A DNA stretch of 64,000 nucleotides, taken from Candidatus Blautia stercoripullorum (GTDB lineage: Bacteria > Bacillota > Clostridia > Lachnospirales > Lachnospiraceae). Below are positions 60,986 to 64,000 of the stretch, in pieces (positions within the stretch are counted from its first letter, which is position 1; every line of letters begins with the position of its first letter). The position numbers and the translations under genes were made by a program. The stretch covers positions 16,767-80,766 of the forward strand of contig DWUX01000197.1 in assembly GCA_019120545.1 (NCBI GenBank). Direction: 5' to 3'. A model generated the notes under the pieces. That model searched no databases and was not told the DNA's origin. It was given only the letters and a program-made list of their open reading frames with translations.

Positions 60986-62050
60986 ATGAAAGAAAGCAGA
61001 AAAAAGACTTCTCTGTATGGGATAGTGCTGTTGATTCTTGGGGCAGGGCTGGTATTCTCCATACTGGCCTCCATTACTTTTGGCAATGCAGATATCTCCA
61101 TACAGGAAGTATATAAAGTGATCTTTTATGAGATCTTTCATGTAGACAGTTTTTCTGCCTATCAGGATGGGGCCGTCCATGATGTGGTATGGCTGATCCG
61201 TTTTCCCCGGGTGCTCCTGGCAGCAGGGATCGGTATGGGATTATCGGTGTGCGGCGTAGTGATGCAGGCTGTGGTGAAGAATCCCCTGGCAGATCCCTAT
61301 GTGCTGGGTGTGTCCTCGGGAGCTTATCTCGGTGCAGCGGCAGCCATTATCCTTGGGATCGGCGCTATATTTGGCGACAACGCCATGGGGATCATGGCCT
61401 TTATCAGTGCAGTGGCCGCATCTTTTGCAGTTTTATTTATATCCGGGATCGGAGGAAGGTCCAGCGCCGGAAAACTGATCCTGGCAGGTATGGCCATCAG
61501 CTCTGTATGCTCAGCCTTTGCCAATTTTCTGATCTATATATCACAGAACAGGGACGCCACTACCCAGATCTCCTATTGGAGCATGGGAAGCCTGGCAACA
61601 GCAGACTGGGATAATGTGCCGGTGATCCTTCCGATCATGATCCTGGCCACCCTGATCTTCTGGACCCAGTACAGAAAACTGAACTTAATGCTGCTGGGCG
61701 ATGAAACGGCTATTACTCTGGGCACAGACCTGCACAAGGCAAGAATCGCATATATGCTTCTTTCTTCTTTCATGGTGGGCTTTGCAGTCTGCGCCGCAGG
61801 GATGATCGGCTTTGTGGGGCTGATCATCCCCCATGCCATGCGTATGCTTTTTGGAACAGATCATAAAAGGCTGATCCCATTAAGCGCCCTTACCGGGGCA
61901 ATCTTTCTGATCTGGGCGGATGTGGCCTGCCGGGTGATCCTGAAGAATTCAGAGCTGCCCATCGGTATCCTGGTGTCTCTGATCGGCGCCCCCTGCTTTA
62001 TCTATCTGATGGTGCGGAAATCCTATGGATTTGGAGGTGAGAGATCGTGA
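60986..62050 (+). CDS. FecCD/BtuC family permease
   Basis: IRFPR, QAVVKNPLADPYVLG, LGDETA and FVGLIIPH. Confidence 0.9.
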   Translation: MKESRKKTSLYGIVLLILGAGLVFSILASITFGNADISIQEVYKVIFYEIFHVDSFSAYQDGAVHDVVWLIRFPRVLLAAGIGMGLSVCGVVMQAVVKNPLADPYVLGVSSGAYLGAAAAIILGIGAIFGDNAMGIMAFISAVAASFAVLFISGIGGRSSAGKLILAGMAISSVCSAFANFLIYISQNRDATTQISYWSMGSLATADWDNVPVILPIMILATLIFWTQYRKLNLMLLGDETAITLGTDLHKARIAYMLLSSFMVGFAVCAAGMIGFVGLIIPHAMRMLFGTDHKRLIPLSALTGAIFLIWADVACRVILKNSELPIGILVSLIGAPCFIYLMVRKSYGFGGERS

Positions 62051-62805
62051 ATATTTCAGCCAAAGATATCCACCTGTCCTATGGAGCAAGAGAAATCTTA
62101 AAAGGGGTAGACATACATAGCGAAAACGGGGAATTTGTAGGGCTGATCGGTCCTAACGGAAGCGGAAAGTCCACACTTTTGAAATGCATTTACCGGATCT
62201 TGAAGCCCAACGCCGGCCAGATATTCCTGGATGAGGAAGAACTGAAGGCTATGAGCATAAAAAAATCCGCCAGAAAAATGGGGGTAGTGGCCCAGCATAA
62301 TTACTATAACTTTGAGTTTACCGTAAGAGAAGTGGTGATGATGGGCCGGGCTCCTCACAAAAAAGCCCTGGAGAGAGATAACGCCAAAGACTATGAGATC
62401 GTAGAAGAAGCACTGAAAACCGTAGGGATGGAGGGATTTGCCCAGAGGAGTTTTTCCACACTTTCAGGAGGCGAACAGCAGAGAGTGATCCTGGCAAGAG
62501 CGCTGGCCCAGCAGACGCCCTGTCTCATCCTGGACGAGCCTACCAACCACCTGGACATTACTCACCAGCTTCAGCTAATGCGGATCGTAAAAAATCTGTC
62601 GGCAACTGTGATATCCGCTATCCATGACCTGAATATTGCCGCTATGTTCTGTGACCGTATCTATGCGCTGAAAGAAGGCCGGATCATTGCCCAGGGAACG
62701 CCCCGGGAAGTACTGACCGAAGATTTTATCCGGCAGGTATACCAGGTGGACGCAGAGATTGCAAAGGACAGCAGCGGGCAGATGCATATCCTTTTTAAGG
62801 GGTAA
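62047..62805 (+). CDS. ABC ATPase (FecE/BtuD-like)
   Basis: GPNGSGKS, LSGGEQQR and LDEPTNHLD. Confidence 0.93.
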   Translation: MNISAKDIHLSYGAREILKGVDIHSENGEFVGLIGPNGSGKSTLLKCIYRILKPNAGQIFLDEEELKAMSIKKSARKMGVVAQHNYYNFEFTVREVVMMGRAPHKKALERDNAKDYEIVEEALKTVGMEGFAQRSFSTLSGGEQQRVILARALAQQTPCLILDEPTNHLDITHQLQLMRIVKNLSATVISAIHDLNIAAMFCDRIYALKEGRIIAQGTPREVLTEDFIRQVYQVDAEIAKDSSGQMHILFKG

Positions 62806-63700
62806 ACTCCCTGTCTACACAATACTTCAATACCCTTTCCATCTGAGGAGACACCCATTTATTCCGATGATACAGAAGCTGTTTCCATACATGGATTTCC
62901 AGACCGGACACTGGCAGACAGACCAGTGTTCCGGCCTTTACTCTGTCCTTTATGACATATTCCGGAAGAAAGGAGATCCCGGCCCCCTGTTCCACCAGGG
63001 AACAGATCAGCTCGGTGCTCCCGATCTCCAGAACCGGCTGAACTTCCAGGGAAAGCTCTGCCAGTTTTTCCTCCAGCAGCCGCCGGTAGCTCATGCCTTT
63101 CTCTGTCAGAATAAAGGGCTGGAGGAGCAGTTCTTCTATGGAAAGAGAAGAAGCAGAGGCAATCCTGGTACCGGCTCCGGCTACAAAAAAGGTGCGGACC
63201 TTCTCTTCCCGGAGGATCCGGTACTCTGCATTGTAGATGTGATTGTCCAGCGTCAGGATAGCGTCTGCTTCATTGTGGTTCATCAGACGGAACATTTCTT
63301 CTGTTCCTGCGGCAATGATCTTCAGGGAAATATTGGGATAAAGTTCCCGGAAACGGAGAAAATCCCTGGACAGAAGAGAGGTGCACAGGGAGTCTGCCAT
63401 GGCCAGACGGATATATCCGAAGGAAACTTCTTCTTTCATGCTGTCTTTCAGTTCCCGGGTCATCCGATTGATCTGATGAGCGTATTCCAAGACCTCCCGG
63501 CCTTTTTCTGTGAGATGGACAGTATGATTGATCCGTTCAAAGAGCTGACAGCTCAGTTCGGTTTCCAGTTGTTTGATCTGAAAGGAGACAGTAGACTGGG
63601 AAAATCCCAGACGGTCTGCGGCTTTTGTGAAGCTACGCAGTTCCGCCACATAGATAAAGGTAGTTAAATTCTTGATATCCATACTTTTTCTCCCCTGCAT
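62795..63700 (-). CDS. LysR family transcriptional regulator
   Basis: IKNLTTFIYVAELRSFTKAADRLGFSQSTVSFQIKQLE HTH. True start is probably the MDIK Met. Confidence 0.94.
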   Translation of the reverse strand: MQGRKSMDIKNLTTFIYVAELRSFTKAADRLGFSQSTVSFQIKQLETELSCQLFERINHTVHLTEKGREVLEYAHQINRMTRELKDSMKEEVSFGYIRLAMADSLCTSLLSRDFLRFRELYPNISLKIIAAGTEEMFRLMNHNEADAILTLDNHIYNAEYRILREEKVRTFFVAGAGTRIASASSLSIEELLLQPFILTEKGMSYRRLLEEKLAELSLEVQPVLEIGSTELICSLVEQGAGISFLPEYVIKDRVKAGTLVCLPVSGLEIHVWKQLLYHRNKWVSPQMERVLKYCVDREFTP

Positions 63701-63723
63701 TTCTATATTAAAAAAATTTGAAT

Positions 63724-63738
63724 ATCGATTTTTTCGAT
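63724..63738. promoter_or_regulatory. Candidate LysR binding site
   Basis: ATCGA-N5-TCGAT palindrome with T-N11-A geometry in the divergent intergenic region. Confidence 0.6.
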
Positions 63739-63840
63739 CTATAGTATTATAACTATTAATTTTACAGATTTACATTCTTACTATATACTAAAACTACTGA
63801 CTCCACAAGGAAATATTACAGATCGTGAGGACATGGATCA

Positions 63841-64000
63841 ATGATGGATTTTTTTCAGGAAGCAGTCAGCGGCTTCATGAGGATTTTTTATGCTGTATTT
63901 GATATTTTATGGGGAGATTTTATCACCATACCCCTGCCGGGAGGCAGTTCTCTGGGGATTTCCCTTTTGGTGCTGATCTTGATCCCTTCAGGGATTTACT
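63841..64000 (+). CDS. Alanine/glycine:cation symporter family protein (partial, runs off the window)
   Basis: Open frame MMDFFQEAVSGFMRIFYAVFDILWGDFITIPLPGGSSLGISLLVLILIPSGIY resembles clostridial AGCS N-termini. Confidence 0.6.
   Translation, partial: MMDFFQEAVSGFMRIFYAVFDILWGDFITIPLPGGSSLGISLLVLILIPSGIY

Overview
A 64-kb chromosomal segment from a Firmicute, most likely a gut Lachnospiraceae member (inferred from gene content, strong GGAGG RBSs, T-box and sigmaA-type promoters). It is almost all + strand housekeeping/accessory metabolism. In order: (1) GH65 phosphorylase, DMT, beta-PGM, M42 peptidase and LacI; (2) cytidylate-kinase-like, DUF3592-like and shikimate dehydrogenase genes, then about 1.1 kb of pseudogene debris; (3) a LysR-bracketed acetyltransferase/lipoprotein-AKR/flavodoxin cassette; (4) cstA under a complete T-box with an apparent Ile (AUC) specifier; (5) MFS, membrane pyrophosphatase and a DUF2156-Eis GNAT fusion; (6) TetR, GPH transporter and UroD/MtbA-like enzyme; (7) aromatic amino acid-type ABC transporter and a serine hydrolase; (8) a streptococcal sia-like heme operon (shp-htsABC-ybaN-two ABC exporters-DtxR family regulator) with candidate operator palindromes; (9) P-type ATPase; (10) Moco-RNA-led tungsten aldehyde oxidoreductase plus cofactor/tungstate uptake genes, lacking moaC/moaE/mogA in the window; (11) FMN riboswitch-ribD-ribE-ribBA-ribH; (12) NrdR boxes-nrdJ-DUF1638; (13) a RelE-type toxin-antitoxin pair; (14) cobalamin riboswitch-ABC transporter; (15) LysR and the start of an alanine/glycine:cation symporter. 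I saw no CRISPR array, rRNA, tRNA, transposase or integrase. Family calls come from motif recognition and memory, not database searches. The best leads are the Ile T-box on cstA, the Shr-less sia-like heme system, the incomplete tungsten-cofactor cluster with two stand-alone MOSC proteins, the lipoprotein aldo-keto reductase and the TetR/GPH/UroD triad.
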